Assembly (NCBI RefSeq): GCF_021869535.1
Contig: NW_026262581.1
Location: 8,618,001-8,682,000 of the forward strand
Reading direction: 5' to 3'
Length of the DNA: 64,000 nucleotides
Source: Mytilus californianus
Taxonomy: Eukaryota
The position numbers were made by a program, and so were the translations under genes. Positions 12,226 through 26,331 of this stretch are shown here, in pieces. The notes beneath the pieces were generated by a model that made no database searches, was not told where the DNA came from, and saw only the letters and a program-made list of their open reading frames with translations. Position 1 is the stretch's first letter; each line of letters starts with the position of its first letter.

Positions 12226-15200
12226 GTTTCCATACACGCAACATTACATTTTCCCAAATAATGTTTATGAATAAAGGACACAGTAGTTTACCGAGGTTCA
12301 AACCTCATAGATGGAAAAAAAATACAAATCAATGTAAAAACCAAACCTGAGGGACTCGCGTGAACTGAAAGGAGCGAGAGACCGGATGTGTTGACAAGGC
12401 AAGTGTTTCCTCTCATGTGAATCTACACTCAGTCCAAAATGTCTCAATTGTTAAAAGAACACAAAAGGTCTGTTACTTTGATGATGGTACTGGTTCAATA
12501 TTGCATTATTCTAACTTGACAGTGGAATCACATGTTAAAAAAAAGCAGGCAAAATCTTGTCGTTTTCTGCTTCTTTTAATAACCTATGTCATACAAAAAA
12601 TACAATAAATACATGTTTTCATAACATTTCTGTAAATAATCCATAATTAAGCTTTAACGATTTAATAAGCATTGAAGTAAAACACTTTCAACTTACATTC
12701 ATACAAAACATAACATTAAATTTGTTTTGTACAATATCACCATACTAGAGAGTTACATAAGGTTAAAGATAAAATTCACAAAAAGATCAATAATGACTAG
12801 ATCAAATTATACTGATATAATGTTGCTTATTGGTTTGTTTAAAAAGATATGTAAACAGATAGAAAGACTAAAATAAACAGTACAGAATATTTCATCTTCA
12901 ACATTTTTTTTAATGGCCCTAGAATATCAATATGTAAAATGAAATGCATCATCCCTCCTACCTAATTAATACAATTTACAAATGCAGCTAAATTGTGCGA
13001 CGGTGAACTCACTAAAAACAGTAAATATCCCAAGCATAAAATCAATTTGACAAATCTTAAACTAACTATAAAAATCTGCTTTGACCATGCACACATGGAG
13101 GCTGAAATAAGCAATTGTAAAAACGGAATACCCTTGGGAAAATTTAAAGTTTGTCCTGTTTACTTTTTATTCATACAAATGTTAATTAACGAGTGTGTAC
13201 GTTAGCTTCCATTCATTTCTAAGAATCAGCAATAATTTCTGGGGTGCTCGGAAAATAAAGATTACAGTATGCACTGGTATTGCCAGGTTCACAACAAAGG
13301 GAAATTACAATGAATATTTACCAGGAGAAAACTGACTGCACAAGAATAACTAATCAGTACTTGTCCACTACAATTCAAAGAAATTAACACTGAAATATGT
13401 CTTCCTTAATCCAACACTTTTAATAAAATAACCTTTTACATTTCAAAACAATGCACCAGTCACTTTTAATAAATCAAAACCTTTGTAAAACAAATCTTTT
13501 AGAATGTGATGGTAACTTGAAATCTATTATTCGGACATGTAATGTATAATCGTATGCAATCAATGGTTCTGATTGAATAGCAACAAACGTAAAATCATTT
13601 TATCTACCTGTCTGTAACTAAGAAAAGCTGACATTTTGAATTCGGGAATGTACTGCCATTTCTTCAATAAGAAATAAAAAATACCTTTGTTATTTAATAT
13701 GTTTAAACTGTACCCCAACAAAAGTAACCATAAAAGGGGATAATTAAAACAGGTTTTGCTGTAACCATATCATTTAATAGTAGAATTTAAGCTCATATTG
13801 AAGTAACACCGAAAATGTGAGCTCCAGTATTACAGCTAAAACATTATTTATTGATATGTTAAGTTTTAAAAAAACTTTTACCACGTAGCTTTAAAATGAA
13901 CTAATACTTATCCTGAACTCTCTAATTATATTATGACAAATAAGACTTTTATAGATATAAGATAAATAAGACTGCTTATCATGTTTGCTTGAAACATTAA
14001 ACCTTCTCTTAACTTTTTTCGAAGTTGGGGGAACTGTTATTCTATCTATTTCAGACACAGGAAGTGTGAAATATTTGCAATATTTGAGATTGAGTATATT
14101 TCATTATTTGCTAAAATTTCTAACATAATCACCATTTAGGTCCATATGAACATTCAAATTCAAATATAACGTTGGTTTTTTTAAACACTTGATTCAATAA
14201 TAATTTCTTCAGTAAATCTTTAGGCTACTAAAAATGTCACTTCCGTGTATTTTATTACTAGCTTAAAATAAATCGAATATATAATGTGAGTAAATGTAAA
14301 CTGATAGTTCATAGTACTTTAAAACCAACTATATGTCTTCAGTAAACAAATTTTCAAGACTGAAAAAATATGCAATTATGTTTATAAGACTGTTCATACT
14401 TCAAAACTACACTAGATACCAAAATCAGTAAAGTGCAGCAAATCCGCATTTCAGTATAACTATTACTCACAATTTGTACCAAAAAAGTATCAAATTTGAA
14501 AAGTAATTTTATCCAAAAATAAGGACAAAAATGCACAAACACTAATCAAGGAACAGCAATATGTGGGAGAAACTTAATTGAACAATTTTTTACATCTATT
14601 GTTCACTGAAAATAAAAGAGATATACATATTCATACAATATCTTTGTTACAACCTTTCTTTTCATTACTTCAACATATAGGTAAATAAACAAAATGCTAT
14701 AAATTAGCTGACATTTATAAATAAAGAATAAGCATATCCAATGTATACATAAATAAAAATATAAATAAATAGACAATAATATCAAATAAGGAATGCTGAG
14801 AATTGTTGACTAAAATAAAAATAAAAAACCTTAACTTACTTGATAAATGATTAACAAATAACAATGATATGTTTCCCTCAACAATATTTAACAACAAAAC
14901 TAAATAAACAAAACATGTGATATGTCTCTAAGGCATTCATACTATTATCAGATAATCTGGAATATGTTGAAATCTAAAAATTACAGATAAGTATTTACAT
15001 TTTATCATTTTTTACCATGAACATCAAATGTAGCACCTTAAATTTAAGATTGAAAACTTTAAAAAAACAGATGTTAAAAGATATTATTCGTATGTTTCTC
15101 TGTCCTATATGTTCTCCCATTTATTTGCATTGTAGTCCTGTCATGTAATGTTGTCATTTTTATTTTATATTTAACATTGCCATAAAAGCGGGAGGTTTGG

Positions 15201-17377
15201 CTAGCCACAAAACCAGGTTCAAATCACCATTTTTTTCTTAAAATGTCCTGTTCCAAGTCAGGAAAATGGCCATTGTTATATTATAGTTCGTTTCTGTGTG
15301 TGTTACATTTCAATGTTGTGTTTCTGTTGTGTCGTAGTTCTCCTCTTATATTTGATGTGTTTCCCTCAGTTTGTAACCCATATTTGTTTTTTTCTCAATC
15401 GATTTATGAATTTCGAACAGCGGTATACTACTGTTGCCTTTATGAATAATTACATTATCAAAATTTAACAGAATTTTTGCTGTAATTCAAAGCTTGTTCA
15501 ATGACCTCAACATTAAGTATACATGGCCTAAAATTTTATTAAAATCTTTTTAACATAATTAAATTCATTCATTTTAATGTTACATTTTCAGTTATTAGTC
15601 CTTAACATACAGAAATCAAATGTGTTAGTCTTTCTTCCTTTTTTCAGTGGATTTCAAAAACATACAAAGACAATTTGTTGCTACTAGACTACAGAAATAT
15701 TGTTTTTAATTACTTCAGATTTTTTTTTAATATAAAAGTTTCCTTGCCATTTTTCTTTTCTAACAGTTGAATTTGTATCATACTCTTTTGAAATGAATAA
15801 TATAGAAGTAAATCTACATGATTTACTGTTTGGATGGCATTTGATTTATACCTCTTAATAACCAAATAAAAAGCATATTTAACATTATTTATGATTTTAA
15901 TCTATTGGAGCAAGGTAACTTCTTATGTTTCTCTAGCATAAATGAGACTGGACTTATCTGTTACCCTTTGAAGAAAAAAAAAAATCTTTCTATTTTGCCA
16001 TTTATATCTTTTAAAAATTACCCGATCAGCCTTTTTTTTCATTATTAAATGTACATTTGCAACCACATGTGAAACTCTTTAATTCAACAATGAAATATAT
16101 AATAAGATCCTAGCATTTTTTTTGCCTTTTGGCAAAAAAAAGGATAAATTACAAAAGATCTTTCGTTCGTTCCTTTAAAGAAGTCAATAAAACCTAATCA
16201 TATTTGGTATTTAAAAAATCTGATTGATTGTAATGGGTTTAAAGTTTAAAAATTGCAATGTAAACAACATTATGTTACAGATGTTAAGTCTTAGATGCAT
16301 TATACAATTAGATCTTCCAAGTTTTTGTTCCCTAAACTTTAACTCAGAACATTTAATTTTGGAGTCTTTTGCTTCTAACAAACATATTTTTCAAACAGAG
16401 CAGAACGTTTTTAAACAATGTCCTGAAAAGTTTCAAGTAAGTTTACAATTAAAAATTTCAATTATTATAAAGATTTACTACAGTTTAATGTTGCTAATCA
16501 TTGTCTAATGATGACAATGGTTATGCCTCGTTTGTGTTAACCATAAACTAGTCGTTCTTTCCATGTTTTAGACTACAACAGAATGTTACAAGACACCAGA
16601 TTTTAACCCTTGATATGCAACACGATGGGTGCTATTAGTGGAGTCAGTCTCATCTTATTTTTATCTTTCAGCATGGTTTTGCGTCTATTTTCAGTATGTT
16701 TTTAAACCTGCTTGGCATCTTCTTTTAAGATTGCTTGGCATCTTCTTTTAAGAAACAGAAAATGCCCTTTCGCCCCTTGTCAGACTATAACTAATGCACC
16801 CAAAGGTATTGGATGTTGCCGCTCTCTATTTCTGGAATAGGTTCTATAACATAATGTTTAAATGTAAGTACGGATCTTTAAAATAGTTATGTGCTTCTGT
16901 TGTTATTCAATTAGATTTTTTTTTTAAAGAAATAAAATTAGTATTGATCAGGCATTTATACTCCTCATATATATAGTAACCTTCTAAATATCATCACTTG
17001 CAGGGAAACTATGAAGAACATTTTTGAACAATTTGATGTCTTAATAGACAAAATGTGAATATTCATATTGAATATAAATATTTAGTGCATTTTCAGCCTT
17101 ATTTTTTTTCATATATATATATATATAATATATATTGTATGGTTCATCTGTTAAATCTACCTGCAGTAAAATATTTAGAACACCAGACCCTCAATAAAAC
17201 TCCTGATCCATATAAGACTTTGTTACAACCTCTCTCCTTAAACATTAAACTATATATCCATAATAAAACGTGATGAGGTAAAAAGAACTTCTTACAACCT
17301 GAAGCAGATAAATCATGAAAATATTTGGATAATAAAATGTAATAGTGTTGGCAAATAAACAACATTGTACTCAAGTA

Positions 17378-20300
17378 ACAACTAGAGGCTCTCGAGAGCC
17401 TGTGTCGCTCACCTGACTCTACTTTGGTTTTAGAAATCATGTAAAGATAGATAAAAATCATAACAGATACCCAAATAATGATTGAGGCCAAATTTTGATT
17501 AATATTGGTCCCGTTATTTAATAAAATATCCTGGTGGCCATCTTGAACAGTAAATCGGCAACAAAGTAGCAACACTTGGTCAGCACTTCATAAGGAACAT
17601 TCATGCCATGTTTGGTTTCATTCCATTCAGTGGTACTCTAAAAGAAGACATTTGTATGTATTTCCCATAGGGTCCTATGTTAAACTAAGCCCCCTGCTGG
17701 CGGCCATCTTGGATGATGGATCGGCTACAAAGTAACAACACTTGGTCAGCATCTCATAAGGAAGATTCATGCCATGTTTGGTTTCATTCCATTCAGTGGT
17801 TCTCTAAAAGAAGACATTTGTATGTATTTCCCATAGGTCCTTTGTTAAACTAAGTCCCCTGCTGTCGGCCATCTTGGATGATGGACCGACTGCAAAGTAA
17901 CAACACTTGGTCAGCACCTCATAAGGAACATTCATGCCATGTTTGGTTTCATTCCATTCAGTGGTTCTCTAAAAGAAGACATTTGTATGTATTTCCCATA
18001 GGGTCCTATGTTAAACTAAGTCCCCCGCTGGCAGCCATCTTGGATGATGGATCGGCTACAAAGTAACAACACTTGGTCAGAACCTCATAAGGAACATTCA
18101 TGCCATGTTTGGTTTCATTCCATTCAGTGGTTCTCTAAAAGAAGACATTTGTATGTATTTCCCATAGGGTCCTACGTTAAACTAAGTCCCCCGCTGGCGG
18201 CCATCTTGGATGATGGACCGCCTGCAAAGTAACAACACTTGGTCAGCATCTCATAAGGAACATTCATGCCATGTTTGGTTCCATTCCATTCAGTGGTTCT
18301 CTAAAAGAAGACATTTTTATGTATTTCCCATAGGGTCCTATGTTAAACTAAGTCCCCCGCTGGCGGCCATCTTGGATGATGGATCGGCTACAAAGTAACA
18401 ACACTTGGTCAGCACCTCATAAGGAACATTCATGCCATGTTTGGTTTCATTCCATTCAGTGGTTCTCTAAAAGAAGACATTTGTATGTATTTCCCATAGG
18501 GTCCTATGTTAAACTAAGTCCCCAGCTGGCGGCCATCTTGGATGATGGATCGGCTACAAAGTAACAACACTTGGTGAGCACCTCATAAGGAACATTCATG
18601 CCATGTTTGGTTCCATTCCATTCAGTGGTTCTCTAAAAGAAGACATTTTTATGTATTTCCCATAGGGTCCTATGTTAAACTAAGTCCCCCGCTGGCGGCC
18701 ATCTTGGATGATGGATCGGCTACAAAGTAACAACACTTGGTCAGCACCTCATAAGGAACATTCATGCCATGTTTGGTTTCATTCCATTCAGTGGTTCTCT
18801 AAAAGAAGTCATTTGTATGCATTTCCCATAGGGTCCTATGTTAAACTAAGTCCCCAGCTGGTGGCCATCTTGGATGATGGATCGGCTACAAAGTAACAAC
18901 ACTTGGTGAGCACCTCATAAGGAACATTCATGCCATGTTTGGTTTCATTCCATTCAGTGGTTCTCTAAAAGAAGACATTTGTATGTATTTCCCATAGGTC
19001 CTTTGTTAAACTAAGTCCCCTGCTGTCGGCCATCTTGGATGATGGACCGACTGCAAAGTAACAACACTTGGTCAGCATCTCATAAGAAACATTCATGCCA
19101 TGTTTGGTTCCATTCCATTCAGTGGTTCTCTAAAAGAAGACATTTGTATGTATTTCCCATAGGGTCCTATGTTAAACTAAGTCCCCCGCTGGCGGCCATC
19201 TTGGATGATGGATCGGCTACAAAGTAACAACACTTGGTCAGCACCTCATAAGGAACATTCATGCCATGTTTGGTTCCATTCCATTCAGTGGTTCTCTAAA
19301 AGAAGACATTTTTATGTATTTCCCATAGGGTCCTATGTTAAACTAAGTCCCCCGCTGGCGGCCATCTTGGATGATGGATCGGCTACAAAGTAACAACACT
19401 TGGTCAGCACCTCATAAGGAACATTCATGCCATGTTTGGTTTCATTCCATTCAGTGGTTCTCTAAAAGAAGACATTTGTATGTATTTCCCATAGGGTCCT
19501 ATGTTAAACTAAGTCCCCCGCTGGCAGCCATCTTGGATGATGGATCGGCTACAAAGTAACAACACTTGGTCAGAACCTCATAAGGAACATTCATGCCATG
19601 TTTGGTTTCATTCCATTCAGTGGTTCTCTAAAAGAAGACATTTGTATGTATTTCCCATAGGGTCCTACGTTAAACTAAGTCCCCCGCTGGCGGCCATCTT
19701 GGATGATGGACCGCCTGCAAAGTAACAACACTTGGTCAGCATCTCATAAGGAACATTCATGCCATGTTTGGTTCCATTCCATTCAGTGGTTCTCTAAAAG
19801 AAGACATTTTTATGTATTTCCCATAGGGTCCTATGTTAAACTAAGTCCCCCGCTGGCGGCCATCTTGGATGATGGATCGGCTACAAAGTAACAACACTTG
19901 GTCAGCACCTCATAAGGAACATTCATGCCATGTTTGGTTTCATTCCATTCAGTGGTTCTCTAAAAGAAGACATTTGTATGTATTTCCCATAGGGTCCTAT
20001 GTTAAACTAAGTCCCCAGCTGGCGGCCATCTTGGATGATGGATCGGCTACAAAGTAACAACACTTGGTGAGCACCTCATAAGGAACATTCATGCCATGTT
20101 TGGTTCCATTCCATTCAGTGGTTCTCTAAAAGAAGACATTTTTATGTATTTCCCATAGGGTCCTATGTTAAACTAAGTCCCCCGCTGGCGGCCATCTTGG
20201 ATGATGGATCGGCTACAAAGTAACAACACTTGGTCAGCACCTCATAAGGAACATTCATGCCATGTTTGGTTTCATTCCATTCAGTGGTTCTCTAAAAGAA

Positions 20301-21105
20301 GTCATTTGTATGCATTTCCCATAGGGTCCTATGTTAAACTAAGTCCCCAGCTGGTGGCCATCTTGGATGATGGATCGGCTACAAAGTAACAACACTTGGT
20401 GAGCACCTCATAAGGAACATTCATGCCATGTTTGGTTTCATTCCATTCAGTGGTTCTCTAAAAGAAGACATTTGTATGTATTTCCCATAGGTCCTTTGTT
20501 AAACTAAGTCCCCTGCTGTCGGCCATCTTGGATGATGGACCGACTGCAAAGTAACAACACTTGGTCAGCATCTCATAAGAAACATTCATGCCATGTTTGG
20601 TTCCATTCCATTCAGTGGTTCTCTAAAAGAAGACATTTGTATGTATTTCCCATAGGGTCCTATGTTAAACTAAGTCCCCCGCTGGCGGCCATCTTGGATG
20701 ATGGATCGGCTACAAAGTAACAACACTTGGTCAGCACCTCATAAGGAACATTCATGCCATGTTTGGTTTCATTCCATTCAGTGGTTCTCTAAAAGAAGTC
20801 ATTTGTATGCATTTCCCATAGGGTCCTATGTTAAACTAAGTCCCCCGCTGGCGGCCATCTTGGATGATGGATCGGCTACAAAGTAACAACACTTGGTCAG
20901 CACCTCATAAGGAACATTCATGCCATGTTTGGTTTCATTCCATTCAGTGGTTCTCTAGAAGAAGTTCAAAATGTAAAAAGTTAACGCCGACGACGGACGA
21001 CGACGGACGACGCCGGACGACGCCGGACGACGCCGGACGACGGACGACGGACGCCAAGTGATGAGAAAAGCTCACTTGGCCCTTCGGGCCAGGTGAGCTA
21101 AAAAA
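17378..21105 (+). mobile_element. Helentron/HINE-like non-autonomous element, family 1, carrying a 166-bp satellite array
   Basis: 5' palindrome AGGCTCTCGAGAGCCT (17385-17400); sub-terminal IR GCTCACCTG (17406) / CAGGTGAGC (21090); GACG-type microsatellite at 20985-21055; 3' hairpin AGCTCACTTGGCCC-TTC-GGGCCAGGTGAGCT (21069-21099) followed by an A-run. Confidence 0.8.
17530..20960. repeat. Tandem array of about 20-21 copies of a 166-bp monomer
   Basis: Near-identical units; repeated 62-aa ORFs start at 166-bp spacing (17878, 18044, 18210, 18376...). Confidence 0.97.
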
Positions 21106-22138
21106 CGAAATCCTAATAGGTCTGTTTGGTGTTTACAAAATGTTAAAAGTAATCCAAGTTTACTTGCAATAATTTCAAAGCTATTGAGTACAAAGTAAAG
21201 ACATCAAAACTATAACCTTGATAAGGATTTTAGGTAGATTGAGAAGTTGAAACGAAATGTTTCTTGAGTTTAAAAATGTCTTTGATGAGTTTTGTCTATA
21301 ACAATGTTAATTTTTATCAGACTGCATTTCTTGATTTTTTATTCCCTTCGAGTTTAAATGTTTCATTGCTAATAAAAATAATAAAAAAGTGTTCACCTTC
21401 AATTGAAGTGTTTCTTTGAAAATGCAAAAAAAAACATATTCAATTATAAAATAACAGTACATGATACTTGGTCACATAATTTATAACTTTAATAATGTCC
21501 CTAAAATATTTGTTCTTTCAAATGATAACCTATCATAGCATATAAATACAAAGTTAATAGAAATATTCTTAAAATCTACTTAACATGAATAAGATAGATG
21601 AAATATATATTTGTAAAAAGCCCTAGGTAAAACTATTATCATGAACAATGTTTCTTGATTGATGACTGACTAGACACCTTCACCATTTCTGAAAAAGAAT
21701 AAGTATGGATCATTTATACAGAAATATACAAAAAGATCAATACACAGGGAGATGTGAGCCATTGATCTGTGCTGAAGGCTCACTGTGACTTTGAGATGAA
21801 CAACATTTACAACAAATTATCTTCCTTTGCTTTGGTCTGTCTAGTGCTTGTTGGGATTTTGTGTCAAGAATTTAAACACAAAAAAATTACACAATGTCTC
21901 TTTTATCCATTTCAAAGGAACAACACATTTTTATTCCTTCAAAAAGTATCATTCCTATCTATTTTTTTCTGGATCTGATATCTGATAGTTTAATGTTTAT
22001 AATAAGGTGAACAGACAAGAAGCCAATTAGTCTGTATACAGTTACAAATGTACCATCACTTTGATAAAAACACATTTGCCTAATACATGAAGAAATATAA
22101 CTATTCAATTCCTTTTGTTAGCGAGTATAGATTTATTA

Positions 22139-23091
22139 ATAAACTGCTTCGCTGAGCGCAGCTGGATACGCCCGCAGAGGTCCAACCCTAAACAGTTGGG
22201 GCAAAAATGGACACAATATTCAAGCTTGATACAGGTCTGAATTTGGATTGTAATTAAATATTTGATATATTATAGGTTTCTGAATAAATGTAGTCAAAGA
22301 ACTTGAAATTGGTTATATGAAAGATTTCTTGCTGTTGTGCAATACACTGTGCTGTTGCGCAATACTTAGTAAATCTGTTGTCAGACTATAAACAAATAAA
22401 ATCTTATAACTTGGAAACGCAAAATCAAAAATTTATAAAAATCAAAAGGGAGCTTACAAAAATAGATATAAACAATTTATAAAAGTTTCATAAAAAAAAA
22501 TGCTGAAAGCATTTTTGAGTTATTGTCTGAAAATTGGAAAATCCCCCTTTTTGTAATGAATAAAACCCCATAAATCGGAAACGTATTATCTGAAATTCAT
22601 AAAGATCAAAAGGGAGCTCATGTCGATAGAAATAAACAATTCACCAAAGTTTCTTGCAAATTGGTGAAATTGTTTTTGAGTTATTGTCTGAAAACTGGAA
22701 AATCCCCCCTTTTTTAATGAATAAAACCCCAAAACTCAAAAACAGTAAATCAGAAATTTATAAAAAACGAAAGGGAGCTCACGTCAATAGATATGAACAA
22801 TTCATAAAAGTTTCATGCAAATTGGTGATATATTTTTTGAGTTATTGTCTGAAAACTGGAAAATCACCCCTTTTTTAATGAATAAAACCCCAAAACTCGA
22901 AAACGGTAAATCCGAAATTTATAAAAAACGAAAGGGAGCTCAGGTCAATAGATATGAACAATTCACCAAAGTTTCATGCATATTGGTTAAAGTGTTTTTG
23001 AATTAATGTCCGACATGTTGACGACGGACGGACGGACAGACGGACGGACAATGGTATACCATAATACGTCCCGTAAACGGGCGTATAAAAA
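22139..23091 (+). mobile_element. HINE-like element, family 3, with 161-bp tandem units
   Basis: Sub-terminal IR ATACGCCCG (22166) / CGGGCGTAT (23078); repeated ORFs at 22654 and 22815 (period 161); (GGAC)n microsatellite; 3' hairpin TACGTCCCG-TAAA-CGGGCGTA followed by an A-run. Confidence 0.78.
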
Positions 23092-23608
23092 TACTAGAAT
23101 TACAAAGAGTTGCTTATTTAACAGGAGTCTTGATTACATGATTAGTAATTTAGTGAACTTCTAAACTAACAAATGTATTAGCAAAATGAATAGAAATTTA
23201 TAAAATTTACCATTTGTTGAATACATTAACTAGTAAGTAGTTGGATGTTGGAAAGCTTGTCCATGTAATACATAAGCATGTGTGTTATACAAAGATATAA
23301 TACAGACGTCAGTGTGCCAAAAAAGGACTAAAAATAAGGACAGCAGATTTCATTCAAATTCAGATTTGTCAGGGGAGTTTGCAAGATTAGTTTACTATAA
23401 TAACATAATTTATAAATTTGATATTTAAAATGAGAATGTATCAGCTAAATTATACAAGTACCGAAACACTACTTTGGAGTACTATATAAAGCACCATAAA
23501 ATTGAATTAGAAGAAGTAGACTTTCACCTACCGGTTGAATCTTGTCTTTTGTTTGAAATTTTAAAAAAAAAATGCTGTTTTAAAGTGATCCCTATCCAAA
23601 GTAATTCT

Positions 23609-23830
23609 TTACATCATAAACCTACCATAATTTACTGGCCAAATTTCCAGCAAATATTTAAGCACCTCGATGTGTTTTTTGAAATCTAATGATGTACCAC
23701 CTGATGACACTGGTGATGGACAAAGAAGCACCGGACCAAAACATATTGCCAAATTGACAATGTTCATTTTATTTTTGTCTGCATTACTGGCAACCTTCTT
23801 TAAATGATTAAGCACCGCAGCCATTGTCTC
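23609..23830 (-). CDS. Syd-1: Syd-1 family exon: RhoGAP C-terminal helices (terminal, or spliced at 23626)
   Basis: tatttcag|GAGACAATG, phase 0; LNHLKKVASNADKNKMNIVNLAICFGPVLL...LKYLLEIWP; reads to TAA at 23609 but contains a possible donor TATG|gtaggt. Confidence 0.88.
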   Translation of the reverse strand, partial: ETMAAVLNHLKKVASNADKNKMNIVNLAICFGPVLLCPSPVSSGGTSLDFKKHIEVLKYLLEIWPVNYGRFMM

Positions 23831-24464
23831 CTGAAATAGAATAAAAAAAACTTAAAGGGAGACAAAAAATAAAAATTTCAATTTCGATGTTACTCTCTAC
23901 TCTTAAAATTTAAGCTAAAATAAGCTGTTGAGAGGTCTTGACTGTAAAAAAAATAAATATTTTGCAACATTTACTCCCCTTGGTATAGATTTCAGAATAT
24001 GAGAGAACATAAGATTCACCTGAGGTTCAAATCATGAATCATGGCAATAAATTGATTGACAGATTGATTGGTATTTAACACCACTTTCAGCACTATTTGG
24101 TGGCAGTTAGTTTTTATTGGTGGAGGAAGCTGGTGTGCCCAGAGTGAATCATGGCTATAAAAGACTACAAATTATCAGGCATTCCGGTATTTTAAAATCA
24201 ACAAAGTGTAGAAAGAAAGAATTTAAGTGGTATTGGTGTTGTCTGTACAGACTACTTCAGCCTACCCTGAAGTACTAGTGTTGGGTTTATGACTTGTTCC
24301 AGTCATCTGCCAAAAAAATACAAGGTGAACTAGATTAACCATTACTAATATATTACACAAGTTGTTGGGTTTTTACTTCAGTTTAGTAGTTTAACCGTGG
24401 CACTCTAATTTCCTCAGACTTAAAAAGAAACTGAAATAGTGTTGAAAGCTGTGTTGCACCTAAC

Positions 24465-25465
24465 ATTTGTAAGGGGTTCCGCGGAACCCTGTGTCTCGCC
24501 TACGATGGCTGCTGTCAGTGTAAAAGTGTAATGTTGATTTAAAAAGTGAGTCCATTTATCAGTAAAATACAGAATGTTAAAAAAGATTCAAAACTTTCTC
24601 TTTAGATGCTATTTCTTTGTCTTAAAGATTAGCTTCTGTCCAAGTTTCATAACAATCCATGAAGGTAAACAAACTTATCATGTCAAAAAAAAATTTAATC
24701 CCAGACTGTCAGTAATTGTTAATTGTAAAAAAAGTCCATCTATCAGAAAAATACTGAAAATGAAAATATATTTTCAAAAGTGTGCTTCAGACATTATCTC
24801 TTAATTATCAAAAAGTTTCATAAAATTGTATGAAGGTTTGACAAAGTATTTGATGTGTAACAAACTTTTACATTGTTGTCCATTCGTTTGATGTGTTTGT
24901 GGTTTTGATTTTGCCATTTGATTAGGGACTTTCTGTTTTGGATTTTCCTCGGAGTTCAGTATTTTTGTGATTTAACTTTTTACCCCAGACTGTATCTATT
25001 TGTTAAATGTAAAAAAACAACTAAGTCCATTTATCAGTAAAATACGGCAAAATGAAAATAATATTTTCAAAATTTTGCTCTGGATACAGTATTTTGGTCA
25101 TAAACAAGCTTCTGTCCAAATTTCATCAAATTCCATGAAATTTTGACAAAGTTATTGATGACTGAAAAACTTTAACCTTAGACTGAATTTGAATGTTAAC
25201 TGTAAAAAAATTAAGTCCATTTTCCAGTAAAATACACAAAAATGAAAATTAACATTTTCAAAAGTTTGCTCTGGATACTGTATTTTGGTCATAAACAAGC
25301 TTCTTTCAAAATTTCATCTAAATCCAGGTTTTGTAGGTTTGACAGTTATTCATATCCAAAAAAACTTTAACCACAGACTGAACTTAAATGTTGACGCCGC
25401 GGACGGAATCTAGGATGAATTTGTCTCGCTTTCACAAAATTAATTTCCCAGGCTCGACAAAAAAG
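24465..25465 (+). mobile_element. HINE-like element, family 2, diverged copy
   Basis: GGGTTCCGCGGAACCC at 24474-24489; diverged internal tandem units; 3' GTCTCGCT...GGCTCGACAAAAAA. Confidence 0.65.
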
Positions 25466-26287
25466 GCAAAATGCCAATAAAATTCAATAGGAACTACATG
25501 TAATATACTTTAATTATTTGTATTCTGAAAATTCAAAAGCTAATCATTTACTTTGTATTGCCATACTGAAAAAAAATTAAATGCGAAATAGTGTTTATAA
25601 GACTTTTATGGTGAACATGGTGCATAATCAAGGTAAAGCTGTAAACTGAAAAAAATTCCTTGCATGCTTTTGAGAAAAGTAGAATATTGGAATTGGATTG
25701 ACTAACTTTGTTTTGGCTGAAATTAATTGAATATGGAATACAAATACTGGTTATAAAAGGTTATATCTGTGTAACCAACAAAAAATATTTATATATCGTT
25801 CAAATCAACATATGCATCAATATGCATAACTTTGCGGGGGCATGGTTTCTTTCAAATAAATCCTTTGATTCTAAATTTCTTAAGAAAAAAATGTTTAAAA
25901 AAGAAAATGAAAAAATCCTTTGTTTTGAAAAAAATTAGTAAAAAATTAAAACAACTTTTGTCTTAAACTTGATTTTCTTATTTCTGTAATTCACTTTAAA
26001 AAAAATTATTTATTAAAGTTGATAAAATAGTTTCTCCAAAAAAAAATAATCCCATGTCCCAACAAAAGATAAATGGTCAATTCCTTAATGGAATCATCAA
26101 GCAGATGACAGAATGTCAAATTTATTTGAAAATCATTTAAATATATTAAAATTTACAGTTTAAAATTTTTGTAAAATATTTTAAATATACCCGGCTTTGG
26201 CTATACTTTTTGTCCTTTTCGCTGTTTTCGGTCTATAAGCTCTTTGTCCTTAAATAAGTTTTGGATTTTCAAATATTTTGGCCCGAG

Positions 26288-26331
26288 GCATCACTGATGA
26301 GACATTTATTGTCAAAATGTGAATCTAGTGC
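26288..26331 (+). ncRNA. Degenerate hammerhead ribozyme motif
   Basis: GCATCA-CTGATGA-GAC(atttatt)GTC-AAAA-TGTGAA-TC-TAGTGC; GAAA mutated to AAAA at 26314. Confidence 0.55.

Noticed and set aside
17530-20960. Possible CRISPR-like array
   Set aside because: No unique spacers; whole units are repeated; eukaryotic context with no cas genes. The same applies to the 83-bp array at 57238.
17878-21061. Sixteen near-identical 62-65-aa ORFs (MMDRLQSNNTW...)
   Set aside because: By-product of the 166-bp monomer. The period is not a multiple of 3, some monomers break the frame, and there are no splice or promoter signals or known domain.
22654-23006. Two similar 63-74-aa ORFs
   Set aside because: Derived from 161-bp tandem units of a repeat element.
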